The translations under genes and the position numbers were made by a program. Below the pieces are notes generated by a model. That model had not been told where the DNA came from. It searched no databases and worked only from the letters and a program-made list of their open reading frames with translations. Positions 15,780 through 24,798 of a DNA stretch of 47,447 nucleotides are shown in pieces. The stretch is from positions 1-47,447 of the forward strand of contig SKHH01000038.1 in NCBI GenBank assembly GCA_007117055.1. Direction: 5' to 3'. The stretch is from Lishizhenia sp. (GTDB lineage Bacteria; Bacteroidota; Bacteroidia; Flavobacteriales_D; Crocinitomicaceae). The first letter of the stretch is position 1, and each line of letters opens with the position of its first letter.

Positions 15780-16070
15780 TTAATTCAATTCTACTGTTAG
15801 AACAGTTTTTTGAATAGCTGTTCGGATAATTTCAGAACTAGGAATATATGACCAAGGAGCGTCTAATGGTTTTCTGGTGGGCATATTTGAGTCTATTGCA
15901 ATCACAGCCTGCCAAAGTGTTATCATGCGTCCTTTGGGGTTTAAAATAATGGTGTAGGCATCCTCCCATGTTTTTTGACAGGGATTATCTATGACTTTTT
16001 GAAGTCGCTTTTGAATGTCTGGTTTTGTTTGACCAAACATGTTTTTTACAAATTGTAGTGTTAATTCCAT
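15780..16070 (-). CDS. hypothetical protein
   Basis: ORF track. Motif 16076..16110 upstream. Confidence 0.7.
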   Translation of the reverse strand: MELTLQFVKNMFGQTKPDIQKRLQKVIDNPCQKTWEDAYTIILNPKGRMITLWQAVIAIDSNMPTRKPLDAPWSYIPSSEIIRTAIQKTVLTVELN

Positions 16071-16075
16071 GGCTT

Positions 16076-16110
16076 CAATGAGTAAAGAATTATAGATTCG
16101 TGGATTTAAA
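16076..16110 (-). promoter_or_regulatory. intergenic motif copy
   Basis: caatgagtaaagaattatagattcgtggatttaaa. Confidence 0.6.
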
Positions 16111-16146
16111 AGTCAAAATCCCCGCCTAATGGACAAGACGGGGATT
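16108..16146 (-). terminator. rho-independent terminator
   Basis: aatccccg/cggggatt hairpin at 16117..16146, then TTTTGACTTTT on the minus strand. Confidence 0.6.
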
Positions 16147-16221
16147 CTGGAAAACATGAAATTGCGTCTCTTTCTTTACTTGGAGGGGCAGACGCACCAG
16201 AAATTCCCCTTGAACAATTTT
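16147..16221 (-). ncRNA. candidate small RNA (motif-to-terminator unit without ORF)
   Basis: Lies between motif 16222..16256 and terminator 16108..16146. Longest ATG ORF is 14 codons. Internal gcgtct/agacgc hairpin. Confidence 0.3.
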
Positions 16222-16256
16222 AATGAGTTTCAATCTTGAGTTTGGTGGAAATTAAC
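16222..16256 (-). promoter_or_regulatory. intergenic motif copy (orphan: no gene follows)
   Basis: aatgagtttcaatcttgagtttggtggaaattaac. Confidence 0.6.
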
Positions 16257-16625
16257 TAGATAAAAGCTTTCCCACTGTTCTTCTGGTAATGCTTGCACCA
16301 AGTTTTGGTGAGGCACAAACTTTAGAATTTCATCAATGGTTGTATCATCCCCTAAGGCAATGGAGCGCTTTAAGTCTTCAATGACTGCATTTCGCAAAGC
16401 TTGGGCACGAACCTCTTGAAGTTTTACAGTTTCTTGAATAAAATTCGCAACATCCTCATTGTACTTGGTCGATAGTTCAGAAAAGCTGATTCGACCACCA
16501 TCTTCTTCAAACACATTGCCGTCATGGTCAATGGTTAGATAAGTGCTTTTATGGATGTTTTCGCCATCAAAATCAATATTGATTTCTATTAAGCCATCTT
16601 TACGTTCTTGCCGTGTTACTTTCAT
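16230..16625 (-). CDS. hypothetical protein
   Basis: ORF track. Motif near 16631 upstream. Stop inside motif 16222..16256. Confidence 0.7.
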   Translation of the reverse strand: MKVTRQERKDGLIEINIDFDGENIHKSTYLTIDHDGNVFEEDGGRISFSELSTKYNEDVANFIQETVKLQEVRAQALRNAVIEDLKRSIALGDDTTIDEILKFVPHQNLVQALPEEQWESFYLVNFHQTQD

Positions 16626-16661
16626 AACTTCAATGAGTTGAGATTTTAAGGTTGGTGGGTT

Positions 16662-16898
16662 TTAAAGTTGTTCAAATTCAAATTTTATATCTTCATACCC
16701 ATTATCATTGAGCCATTCTTTCATTACAATTGTACTGTTTTCTGACAAGAGGCATTCAACATCGAAAAACCTTTTAACTTTTGAAACACCATCTTCAATA
16801 ATTGCTTCATAAGCATTTATTGTTTTGTTTCCTGTTGGGCCGAGTTCAAAATCATTGTCGTGAAATTCAACATCAACTGTGTAATATATTTTCTTCAT
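16662..16898 (-). CDS. hypothetical protein (start corrected)
   Basis: Track start 16952 reads through the motif. ATG MKKIYYTVDVEF at 16898. Confidence 0.7.
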   Translation of the reverse strand: MKKIYYTVDVEFHDNDFELGPTGNKTINAYEAIIEDGVSKVKRFFDVECLLSENSTIVMKEWLNDNGYEDIKFEFEQL

Positions 16899-16957
16899 GA
16901 GCTTAATGAGTTTCAATTTTGAGTTTGGTGGGTTTTGTTGCTTTTTTTTCAAGGAAA

Positions 16958-17245
16958 TTAAGCCAACCCACGACTATAATCCGACAATAGAATTTTCATT
17001 GTTTCTTCAGTTGAAATATCTACATGGTCATTTGAAACTTGGATTTTACCACTCATTTCAAAAAACCTTGTAATAGTCCATTTACCCATGTCGCCTTGTA
17101 CTACTATCCATGTAGCATAAGACTCTTTGCTATCATAATACACATTGTGAATTAAAGCAACTTTACCAGTTATCCAGTCTTTAAATTCTTTGCTGTTTTT
17201 TAAAACTTCTTCTGTAAACATCTTTTGAATATTTGTACTGTTCAT
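16958..17245 (-). CDS. hypothetical protein (start corrected)
   Basis: Track start 17287 reads through the motif. ATG MNSTNIQKMF at 17245. Confidence 0.7.
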   Translation of the reverse strand: MNSTNIQKMFTEEVLKNSKEFKDWITGKVALIHNVYYDSKESYATWIVVQGDMGKWTITRFFEMSGKIQVSNDHVDISTEETMKILLSDYSRGLA

Positions 17246-17382
17246 ATACTCAATGAGTATTAAGGGAGAGTTTGGTGGGTTTATCAATAGTGTGCCCCGT
17301 ATAAATTTAACACCGTGTTCCTTGCTGTAAAAGAAATCATCTTAACGGTTTTAGATTATACGAAAAACAAAACAAAAAGTTT

Positions 17383-17661
17383 CTATATTTTCTTTTTTCG
17401 TTTCCGTTCCTCCTTACGCCTTTCTCGACGTTTAGCTTGCCCTGAAGGCGGAGTTCCTAATATCATAGGCTCATCTAAAATAGGCGGTGCAGTTATTTTG
17501 TAACTAGGGAGATTTGCAATGTCTTCTATTTTTATTTGCTGATTTTTCGCTTCTTCTGGAGTTATCCATATCACATCTTCACCTAGTTGTTCAACTAGAG
17601 ATTGCGCTAAATTTGTTGTACTGCTTCCTCCTGCTCCTATGATTGCGTATTTTTTGCTCAT
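17383..17661 (-). CDS. hypothetical protein with basic C-terminal tail
   Basis: ORF track. AIIGAGGS N-terminus, KRRERRKEERKRKKKI tail. Starts 6 nt after the stop of 17667..18194. Confidence 0.6.
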   Translation of the reverse strand: MSKKYAIIGAGGSSTTNLAQSLVEQLGEDVIWITPEEAKNQQIKIEDIANLPSYKITAPPILDEPMILGTPPSGQAKRRERRKEERKRKKKI

Positions 17662-17666
17662 TTTTT

Positions 17667-18194
17667 TTACTTTGGGTCGAACAAGTTTGGAATGTATGAA
17701 GAAATTTCATTGTATTTTTCTTCTGTTCCATCTGAAAGTGGATTAAAAGAATAATGAGCAAGTTCTCGACCTGCTTCAATGATTTCATCTTCATCCATAT
17801 CTTCTGTTGCAGAAACAAACACCATAACATTCTTTTTTATCGTAGCTTCTACTTGGAACCGCACAGGGGCAACTCCTTGTTGAGAGCAACATTCAAGAAA
17901 GAGTGTTTGGTGAATTTCGGTTGTGCGATATTGACAGAGTTGAAAATCTTCAAGTGTCGCAAAGCGCAAACTTTCCATAGGCTGAATACCATCAGTATCT
18001 AAACGAAGCGTTCCTGCCTTCATGTCAATGTCTCCAAGTACAATGGCAATACAATTGTTTACAAGGTCAAACACTACATCACCACGACGAAAGAAGGAAA
18101 TTGAATTTACTTCCACATCATCTCCAGTAAATTCTGGATATGGATTGTCTTTGAGGTTTGGATAATAATCCGAAGGGTTAACTTTGTTTTTCAT
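17667..18194 (-). CDS. hypothetical protein
   Basis: ORF track. Motif near 18201 upstream. Confidence 0.75.
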   Translation of the reverse strand: MKNKVNPSDYYPNLKDNPYPEFTGDDVEVNSISFFRRGDVVFDLVNNCIAIVLGDIDMKAGTLRLDTDGIQPMESLRFATLEDFQLCQYRTTEIHQTLFLECCSQQGVAPVRFQVEATIKKNVMVFVSATEDMDEDEIIEAGRELAHYSFNPLSDGTEEKYNEISSYIPNLFDPK

Positions 18195-18288
18195 GCTTTC
18201 AATGAGTTTAAAGGGAGAGTTTGGTGGGTTTTAAAGAATTTGTTTCCTGTCCAAAATTCATTTTTTCCGTTATAGCTGTTTGTAAAAG

Positions 18289-18609
18289 CTATTGAAGATT
18301 TTCTGAATAAATTTTGTGCATTTCAGGATAAACTTTCTTCACAGCTTCCTCGTGTGTCATTATACCTTTAGAAACTGTTTCATCTACCCATTTTCTTAGA
18401 TGAGCTGTTTTTTCTCGATACTCATCTCCCAATTTAATTGCATTTGCAAGGTTTTGACAAGCCTGTTGGTCAGATTTACGGCCTATTATACCCCAGTATT
18501 TTGCTGCTGTTTCCCATTCGCCAAGTTGCTCCATTAAGTGTACAGCATAACTTTTATTTAAGCTATCTGATGCCTCAAATAAACGTTTACATTCTTCTAG
18601 GTTTCTCAT
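18289..18609 (-). CDS. hypothetical protein
   Basis: ORF track. Motif near 18615 upstream. Confidence 0.7.
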   Translation of the reverse strand: MRNLEECKRLFEASDSLNKSYAVHLMEQLGEWETAAKYWGIIGRKSDQQACQNLANAIKLGDEYREKTAHLRKWVDETVSKGIMTHEEAVKKVYPEMHKIYSENLQ

Positions 18610-18644
18610 GCTTTCAATGAGTTTAAAGGGAGAGTTTGATGGAT

Positions 18645-19421
18645 TTAATATTCTCGATTTTTTGTAATAAAGTCACGAATAATATTCTTATCTTCATAAG
18701 ATAATGAAATCTTACAACATCCTTTATAGTCGCCTACTGACATCATCTCAAAATAGGGTGGCAATTCAGGGAGGTTTTCAGTATTCATTTGCTTGAGTTC
18801 AGCAATAAACTCAGTACGAAGATAAAAGGCTTCTGGAGCGCAGAATTGCACATAATTTCGATATTGCTTTCCTTTCCAATTGACTGTAAACACATTATCT
18901 CCAACGGCTAAATGAAGTCCACGAACCACAAAAGAGGTGGTGTCAGATTTCTTGTAAGGATTGCGGTAAATAAGTCCTTTTTCAATCAAAAGCTCCACGA
19001 GTTCCCTTGTTGGAAAGTGTCTGTAATATTTACTACCCAGTCCGTTAATGGCATATTTCACCAATGGACGAACTTCTTTATCACAACCTTGTCGGCTTTG
19101 TTTACGCGCCCAAGTAAGACGATGATTGTTGATTTTTTGAAGTGCTTCGCTTATCCTTTGACGTTTCTCTTCTGGTAATTTCATATTGAACATGAAACAC
19201 CACACAGAATTTAGTTGTGATGCAATTGGTAAAATATACTCTTGATAGATTTTGGGAGTAATTTTTGTCTTCACCAATTTATTGACAAAGTTTTCTACAT
19301 CTTCAATATCACCTTCAGATGAAAGATTTGATATCTTGGCTGCATATTCCTCTGGAGACATCCCCGACATTGCAGAAGATAAAGTGAGGATAAAATCTAT
19401 TGCTTGTTTGTTGTTTTCCAT
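18645..19421 (-). CDS. hypothetical protein
   Basis: ORF track 258 aa. Motif near 19427 upstream. Confidence 0.75.
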   Translation of the reverse strand: MENNKQAIDFILTLSSAMSGMSPEEYAAKISNLSSEGDIEDVENFVNKLVKTKITPKIYQEYILPIASQLNSVWCFMFNMKLPEEKRQRISEALQKINNHRLTWARKQSRQGCDKEVRPLVKYAINGLGSKYYRHFPTRELVELLIEKGLIYRNPYKKSDTTSFVVRGLHLAVGDNVFTVNWKGKQYRNYVQFCAPEAFYLRTEFIAELKQMNTENLPELPPYFEMMSVGDYKGCCKISLSYEDKNIIRDFITKNREY

Positions 19422-19436
19422 GTTTTAAATGAGTTT

Positions 19437-19781
19437 CTAAAACAAGTTTGGTGGATTTAACTGTTCTTCAAATTTATTAATGTTTGCGTGATATGCTTGA
19501 CAATCAATATCAACCAACATAACGGTTTCATCGGCAACATAAATATTATTTTCACGCCAAATTAAGCCGATTTCTCTGGCTAATTTCTTTGCGGTTGGAA
19601 TAATGTTGCGAAATGTAATTTTTTTTCCATTTGCTAACCTTGCCTTTGGTTTGATAAGACAAATTGAAAAGTTACCAAATTGCCCGTAATCATCAATGTA
19701 GGCATCTTGAACAGGTAATAGTTCTTTTATTTGCTCTACAAACTTTGTAACCTTATCTTTCTGTTCTTGAGTTGTTGCCAT
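19437..19781 (-). CDS. hypothetical protein
   Basis: ORF track. Motif near 19787 upstream. Confidence 0.7.
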   Translation of the reverse strand: MATTQEQKDKVTKFVEQIKELLPVQDAYIDDYGQFGNFSICLIKPKARLANGKKITFRNIIPTAKKLAREIGLIWRENNIYVADETVMLVDIDCQAYHANINKFEEQLNPPNLF

Positions 19782-19830
19782 ATTTTCAATGAGTTCTTAA
19801 AAGAGGTTTGGTGGATTTAACTAGGGAGAC

Positions 19831-20589
19831 TTATGCTGCCTTGTTTTTCTTCTTATTACGATGATATCCCGTTATTCCTTTTTTACGCAACTCTTGAAGT
19901 GCATTGCTTGCCTTAGAACCTGCTGGTTGAGTTCCATGAATTAACTGAGCAAAATTGCCATCAAAATTCCATGCGTGAGAATCGTCTTTATCAATCGGTA
20001 AACCTAATTCCTCAGCTTCTTCTGTGCTATAAACAACCTTTACATTTTTCAAATTGTATTGGTCAATCAATTTATCCATATAACCTCCGTAAGAAGCTGT
20101 TAACTTTAAATTTTGTGGTATATCGTTTAAACGACGAACCCAAAATTTAATGGACTTGGTATATGCGTAAAAAATAATGTTTGGATACATTTTTGCGACC
20201 TCTACCCATGCGTCAAAATAAGATTGAACGAAAAAGTCTCCGCTTGCGTGAATGCGAACTAGACGGCAATATTTATCAATATCTTGTGACTTAATAGAGG
20301 CTAATAAGACCTCTAATTTTCCTTGCACCCCCTTGGCATTACGAAGTGTTTCAAAGTTGCGTTTGTGAAGCTTGTAGGCATTTGTGCTACGGATTTCCAT
20401 TGAAGCCGCATAGCAACGAAATTCCGTAAATTCACCGTCTTGAATACGGTTTCCATTTTCAGTCTCTACAACCTGAGATTTGCAATCTTTAGCTCCAGGA
20501 CAAGCTGTTCCTGCAACCAATGAAAGTATTGCTATTCGGTTGTTTAACTTTGCATTTCCAAAAGTAAAGTGTACTGTTTTCTGTTCCAT
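19831..20589 (-). CDS. GP88-like protein (tentative family call; start corrected)
   Basis: ATG MEQKTVHFTFGNAKL at 20589. LVAGTACPGAKDCKS...FRCYAAS...RIHASGDFFVQSYFDAWVEVAKMYPNIIFYAYTKS resembles my recollection of the phage GP88 domain. Confidence 0.6.
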   Translation of the reverse strand: MEQKTVHFTFGNAKLNNRIAILSLVAGTACPGAKDCKSQVVETENGNRIQDGEFTEFRCYAASMEIRSTNAYKLHKRNFETLRNAKGVQGKLEVLLASIKSQDIDKYCRLVRIHASGDFFVQSYFDAWVEVAKMYPNIIFYAYTKSIKFWVRRLNDIPQNLKLTASYGGYMDKLIDQYNLKNVKVVYSTEEAEELGLPIDKDDSHAWNFDGNFAQLIHGTQPAGSKASNALQELRKKGITGYHRNKKKNKAA

Positions 20590-20624
20590 GCCTTTAATGA
20601 GTCGAAATTGGGAGTGTGGTGGAT

Positions 20625-20942
20625 TTAATAATTCACCAAAGCCCAAGAAAGCGTTTCATCATCTAATTGCACAGGCATTAACCTTCCTTTCGGAAATTCT
20701 TTAGGATATAAATCACGTAGTTGTTGAAAGCAACGAATATCCCACTTCAAAATGATTTCATAAGCTTGATTAGCTAATTCTTTGCTAATTTTGTAATGCT
20801 GGTAACTTTCTCTACAACCTTGAATTGTAGTTATTCTCGCAGATATCAATGTAATCAAAGCGCCAACATCCCCAGAATGGCTGGCAATTTGTTGGTATGC
20901 TGATGCAGCACACTTCTTTTTTATTGTTTCCCATTTTTTCAT
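20625..20942 (-). CDS. hypothetical protein
   Basis: ORF track. Motif-flanked. Confidence 0.7.
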   Translation of the reverse strand: MKKWETIKKKCAASAYQQIASHSGDVGALITLISARITTIQGCRESYQHYKISKELANQAYEIILKWDIRCFQQLRDLYPKEFPKGRLMPVQLDDETLSWALVNY

Positions 20943-21033
20943 GCCTTTAATGAGTTTGTTTTTTAATTTTGGTGGAAATAAGAAAACTTAACCCCACTCG
21001 TTAGTAGGGTTAAGTGTATGGAACAAACAAAAC

Positions 21034-21669
21034 TTAGAGTTTTTTAAATAAGTCGCTTATTGGGATAGAGCCGAATCGAGATGTTGGAAAACCTCCGTTA
21101 GTTAAAACAACCCACATTTCTTTGAAGCTACCTTTAGGGGCAACTACTTCATCATAAGCTTTTGTGATAAATATCTCAGGGTTTTTTGGGTGTTGAATTG
21201 TTGTGCCAATTGGAGAATTTAAAAGTTCATCAGGACATCCGATAAGCATTTGGTGTGAAAAATCTTCATTGTGCACCCAAGCCAAAGCATTTACCAAAAC
21301 AGTATCTTCATTATATAGAATGCTACGTAAATGAACGTTATCACCTTTTTTAACAAGACCTCCCAACATATCTTTTAACGCCACTACTGGAATTAAATCT
21401 CCATGTAAAATGTTAGATTTGAGTTCTATGTTGTAAACATACTCTACGAACTGAATCTCACTTGTAGAATTTTTCTCCCAAACATTTATCATTTCAGAAA
21501 CCGTTTTACTTGAACAGAAATTTTCAAGTTCTTCTACACGAAAAATTGTTGTAATCTGTCGACCTTCTTGGTCTTCAAAACAAAACAAACTTTTCTTATA
21601 GAAATCTAATGCTACATTCACTCTTATTGAAGGCGCAAGTTTCTTGATTGGCAATATATCTAATTTCAT
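21034..21669 (-). CDS. hypothetical protein
   Basis: ORF track 211 aa. Motif near 21675 upstream. Confidence 0.7.
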   Translation of the reverse strand: MKLDILPIKKLAPSIRVNVALDFYKKSLFCFEDQEGRQITTIFRVEELENFCSSKTVSEMINVWEKNSTSEIQFVEYVYNIELKSNILHGDLIPVVALKDMLGGLVKKGDNVHLRSILYNEDTVLVNALAWVHNEDFSHQMLIGCPDELLNSPIGTTIQHPKNPEIFITKAYDEVVAPKGSFKEMWVVLTNGGFPTSRFGSIPISDLFKKL

Positions 21670-21681
21670 GTTTTCAATGAG

Positions 21682-22119
21682 TTATTGGGGAGAGGTTGGT
21701 GGGTTTTGTTCTTTTCTTTTTTTGTACTCAGCAACATTTCGCTCAATTGAATCTACTCCATATTCTTGTACAGGTAAAACATCAATTTTTCTAACGTTAA
21801 ACAAGTTGCTTGAATAACTTTCAATCACTTTTTTAGCTTTTTGAAATTTCTCTTCTGTTAAGTATCCAGAAATATCCATAGGATGACAGTAGAGGTAATT
21901 TTCACCTTCCCATGCTTTTGGGCAACCGCTTATTGAATCAGCTGTTCCATCGAACACAATTTCAAAACCAATCTTATTGAGAATTTCAGTGAATTGCCGA
22001 AATATCTCTTTCGCTTGTGAAGGATGCATTCCTTTACCCCATGCATATGGAGAGTTAAGTCTGAAATAACAATGCTTTAAGTGAGCAAAGTCTTCTGGTG
22101 TTTTTACAACTTTCATCAT
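21682..22119 (-). CDS. hypothetical protein
   Basis: ORF track. Motif 22126..22160 upstream. Confidence 0.7.
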   Translation of the reverse strand: MMKVVKTPEDFAHLKHCYFRLNSPYAWGKGMHPSQAKEIFRQFTEILNKIGFEIVFDGTADSISGCPKAWEGENYLYCHPMDISGYLTEEKFQKAKKVIESYSSNLFNVRKIDVLPVQEYGVDSIERNVAEYKKRKEQNPPTSPQ

Positions 22120-22125
22120 GTCTAT

Positions 22126-22160
22126 AATGAGTTTTGTTTTTGAGTTTGGTGGGTTTAATT
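22126..22160 (-). promoter_or_regulatory. intergenic motif copy
   Basis: aatgagttttgtttttgagtttggtgggtttaatt, directly after terminator 22161..22196. Confidence 0.65.
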
Positions 22161-22196
22161 GAAAAAATAAGGACCAAGCTCCCCAGCTCGGTCCTT
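22161..22196 (-). terminator. rho-independent terminator
   Basis: 12-bp hairpin aaggaccaagct-cccc-agctcggtcctt (mismatch is G.U on the minus sense), then TTATTTTTT on the minus strand. Confidence 0.7.
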
Positions 22197-22241
22197 TCCA
22201 CCCTTAAACCCCCATGGACTCTTTTGGCCCACGGAAATATC

Positions 22242-22400
22242 TTACGCCTTTTTGGCCTTCTCTCTTTTCAAAAGAAAGTTAGCAAATTTTTCAGAAATCA
22301 CAATGATAATTCCGATAAAAATAGACCGTGCTATGATTAGGCCTGACAAGCCTACCAATACAAGTCCAATATAAAATGCAACTATTTCAAATGTATTCAT
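22242..22400 (-). CDS. 52-aa membrane protein (not in ORF track)
   Basis: Hand translation MNTFEIVAFYIGLVLVGLSGLIIARSIFIGIIIVISEKFANFLLKREKAKKA*. Motif 22407..22441 upstream, terminator downstream. Confidence 0.55.
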   Translation of the reverse strand: MNTFEIVAFYIGLVLVGLSGLIIARSIFIGIIIVISEKFANFLLKREKAKKA

Positions 22401-22406
22401 ATCCTT

Positions 22407-22441
22407 AATGAGTTGAAGCTGTGGGTTTAGTGGATTTTAAT
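22407..22441 (-). promoter_or_regulatory. intergenic motif copy
   Basis: aatgagttgaagctgtgggtttagtggattttaat. Confidence 0.65.
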
Positions 22442-22741
22442 TTAACAATTCTCTGGGTTTTCAATTTGAACGCCAGAATAAGGGCAAAAAGGCTCAATGC
22501 TTTCCAGTGCCTCAGACTCCATTGCCCAAAGTCCTAAGTTGGTGCTATACATCAGCTCCAATTGAATGGGGATTCTTGACAAAAACCCTTGAGCTTCTTC
22601 TTTCGTCATTCCGCACAAAATAAGTTCATCGACTTTTTTCTGGTAGGCAATCGGAGTTTTTTCTGGTGTAAGAAAAACTTCAATTACTTCCTCTGAACCT
22701 GCAGGGTTAATTTCGGTAGGTGCTTTCACTTTATCTGGCAT
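22442..22741 (-). CDS. hypothetical protein
   Basis: ORF track. Motif near 22762 upstream. Confidence 0.7.
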   Translation of the reverse strand: MPDKVKAPTEINPAGSEEVIEVFLTPEKTPIAYQKKVDELILCGMTKEEAQGFLSRIPIQLELMYSTNLGLWAMESEALESIEPFCPYSGVQIENPENC

Positions 22742-22792
22742 AGCTTTGAATTTATTGACTACAATGAGTTATTGGTAAGGTTTTGGTGGATT

Positions 22793-22960
22793 TTAGTTCC
22801 ATTTCTTTTGAAACTTAACTTTCAATTTCTCATTTACAACGCCTGTTTTGCAAGCTGTTTCATATGCTTTAATAGAAGTACATATATCAGCATTTAAAAG
22901 CATATTTATTGCTTTGTATGCTTCTTCTCTTTTCCTGTTGTAATATCCTTCTGGCGGCAT
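22793..22960 (-). CDS. hypothetical 55-aa protein (not in ORF track)
   Basis: Hand translation MPPEGYYNRKREEAYKAINMLLNADICTSIKAYETACKTGVVNEKLKVKFQKKWN*. Stop inside motif 22762..22796. Confidence 0.5.
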   Translation of the reverse strand: MPPEGYYNRKREEAYKAINMLLNADICTSIKAYETACKTGVVNEKLKVKFQKKWN

Positions 22961-22978
22961 AAAAGTCTGTATTTAAGA

Positions 22979-23206
22979 TTAGTTTTCTGTAATAAACAAC
23001 ATACGACTATCTTGCGTATTTTGTTGCACCCAAGCATGAGAACCTCCAAAACCTATCTTAAAACCAAAAGTATCAACGGCTTTAATGTTGTTTCTGAAAT
23101 CATCCAATGAACGGCTTTTAAGAGCTGCATTGATAATTCCATTTAAAATCACAAGCGGTTCATTGTTGCTTGAGATTGTTGGTGTAGATTCAATTTGTAC
23201 TTTCAT
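22979..23206 (-). CDS. hypothetical protein
   Basis: ORF track. Motif near 23212 upstream. Confidence 0.65.
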   Translation of the reverse strand: MKVQIESTPTISSNNEPLVILNGIINAALKSRSLDDFRNNIKAVDTFGFKIGFGGSHAWVQQNTQDSRMLFITEN

Positions 23207-23248
23207 GCCTATAATGAGTTTCAGGTTTCTATTTGGTGGGTTTTAAAT

Positions 23249-23464
23249 TCAAGAATTATATACGCACTTGTATTGCCCCACGTTGGTCATACCATCGAAT
23301 ATAAACCACACATCCCTTCCTGTATCTTTACATCTGATATGCACAGCATTTTGCCCCAAATTTTCTTCCCCATAATCATTTACAGTCAAAGTGTCACTTG
23401 CTTCTGGGAGTTCTGAATATCTGTAGCTTTTGCCTACAATAAAATTTTCTACTTCTTGTGCCAT
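23249..23464 (-). CDS. hypothetical protein
   Basis: ORF track. Motif near 23470 upstream. Confidence 0.65.
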   Translation of the reverse strand: MAQEVENFIVGKSYRYSELPEASDTLTVNDYGEENLGQNAVHIRCKDTGRDVWFIFDGMTNVGQYKCVYNS

Positions 23465-23499
23465 ATTATCAATGAGTTTTTAGTTGTCGTTTGGTGGAT

Positions 23500-24558
23500 T
23501 TAAGTCGGCCCACAACTTTCAGAATATGCTCCATTTGGTAAAGTCCAATTATTCAAAATAATAGGCTCATCAAAGGTTTCTGAGTTTGCTAACTGTACGA
23601 GTTTTGGATTTTGTTTAGTTGCTTCATACACCTGTCCTTTTGCATACAAGTCATGCAATGAATCCTTTCGTTTCATGGTTACACGTTTGCCGTGAAACTC
23701 TGAAAACTTATCTTCTAATTCAGCTAATTTAGCACCTTGTAAGGGAGAGATAAATCGAGCAGTTTCAAATTGGTCAGCATTACCAAAAATGCAAAATAAA
23801 CATGAACAACGCCCAAATCCTAAACGATATGCAGGGTGAGGGTTAACTTTGTATTCAGCCATAATCGCCCATACACGACCTTCTTTCCAATCACGAATAG
23901 GTCGCCAATGGTCAACGATGCGCACTACACGTTTTCCATTTCTATTATCTGAACGGTCAGGTTCAAACATTTCATATCTGGCACGATTAGCAGACTCTTC
24001 TCCTCTTTCTCCTGTAATAACAAGTGTTTTGGTATTTTGAAAACGCTCCTGATTGATAATAGCAGCAGTTGCTACATCAATTTTAAGATAAGCTGAACAC
24101 CAGCGAGTTGAAAGGTCGGCTCCAATTTGTGGGAATTTCATTCTTGTGGCTTCCTTTCCACGAGTTCCACCAGCAGAATGCAAATAAACATCCCCATCAT
24201 CGTTAGGTACTTCAAACCAAGTTCTTGACTTCTTTTGGTTATTGCGGGTCATTTCACGCTCAAACCCACCTTCAAGCCAAGAAAAATAAATTGGAACGTT
24301 AAAAGCCTCAGCATATTTTTGACAATAATCACGAGTTATCGCCCAGTCAAATAAACGTTCACCTTCACGTCCATCAATGTCGTGATGCCACAATTCAATC
24401 TTTGATTGGTCAACCCCTAATTGCAAAAGATTAAGGTGACAAGCAACAGAATCTTTGCCTCCAGAAAACATAACCAAAATATGGTCGTATTCATTCAGTT
24501 CTTTGACTGTTAAGTTTCTAGCTTTAGGGATAGTATGTACAATCGAATTGCTTGTCAT
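23500..24558 (-). CDS. PP-loop ATP-pyrophosphatase / PAPS-reductase-like protein
   Basis: ILVMFSGGKDSVACHL (SGGKDS PP-loop), LSTRWCSAYLKIDV, and C-terminal Cys cluster FGRCSCLFCIF. Confidence 0.85.
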   Translation of the reverse strand: MTSNSIVHTIPKARNLTVKELNEYDHILVMFSGGKDSVACHLNLLQLGVDQSKIELWHHDIDGREGERLFDWAITRDYCQKYAEAFNVPIYFSWLEGGFEREMTRNNQKKSRTWFEVPNDDGDVYLHSAGGTRGKEATRMKFPQIGADLSTRWCSAYLKIDVATAAIINQERFQNTKTLVITGERGEESANRARYEMFEPDRSDNRNGKRVVRIVDHWRPIRDWKEGRVWAIMAEYKVNPHPAYRLGFGRCSCLFCIFGNADQFETARFISPLQGAKLAELEDKFSEFHGKRVTMKRKDSLHDLYAKGQVYEATKQNPKLVQLANSETFDEPIILNNWTLPNGAYSESCGPT

Positions 24559-24593
24559 ACTTACAATGAGTTCTAAAAGAGAGTCTGGTGGAT

Positions 24594-24797
24594 TTAAGAA
24601 AGATTTCCTGCCAACTGATAAAACACATTGACAATGGTTCTATGTTCTGGCTCTAAATTAAACACGCGACCTGTAAGTTCTTCAAACTCACCATCATCAT
24701 GTACATCGGAATCGTGAACAGATACTTTCGTTCCTTTGTTTTTCACGACAAACTTACGCCCTGTATCTTCGTCAATATGTTGAATAACTAATCTCAT
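24594..24797 (-). CDS. hypothetical protein (start uncertain: 24797 or 24848)
   Basis: ATG MRLVIQHIDED at 24797 sits 1 nt after the stop of 24799..25245. Track start 24848 would overlap it by 50 nt. Confidence 0.55.
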   Translation of the reverse strand: MRLVIQHIDEDTGRKFVVKNKGTKVSVHDSDVHDDGEFEELTGRVFNLEPEHRTIVNVFYQLAGNLS

Positions 24798-24798
24798 T

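Noticed and set aside
17383-17661. AIIGAGGS at the N-terminus of the 92-aa ORF as a Rossmann dinucleotide-binding enzyme
   Set aside because: The protein is far too short for a Rossmann domain, and the rest is a linker plus a poly-basic tail. The GxGG string alone is not diagnostic.
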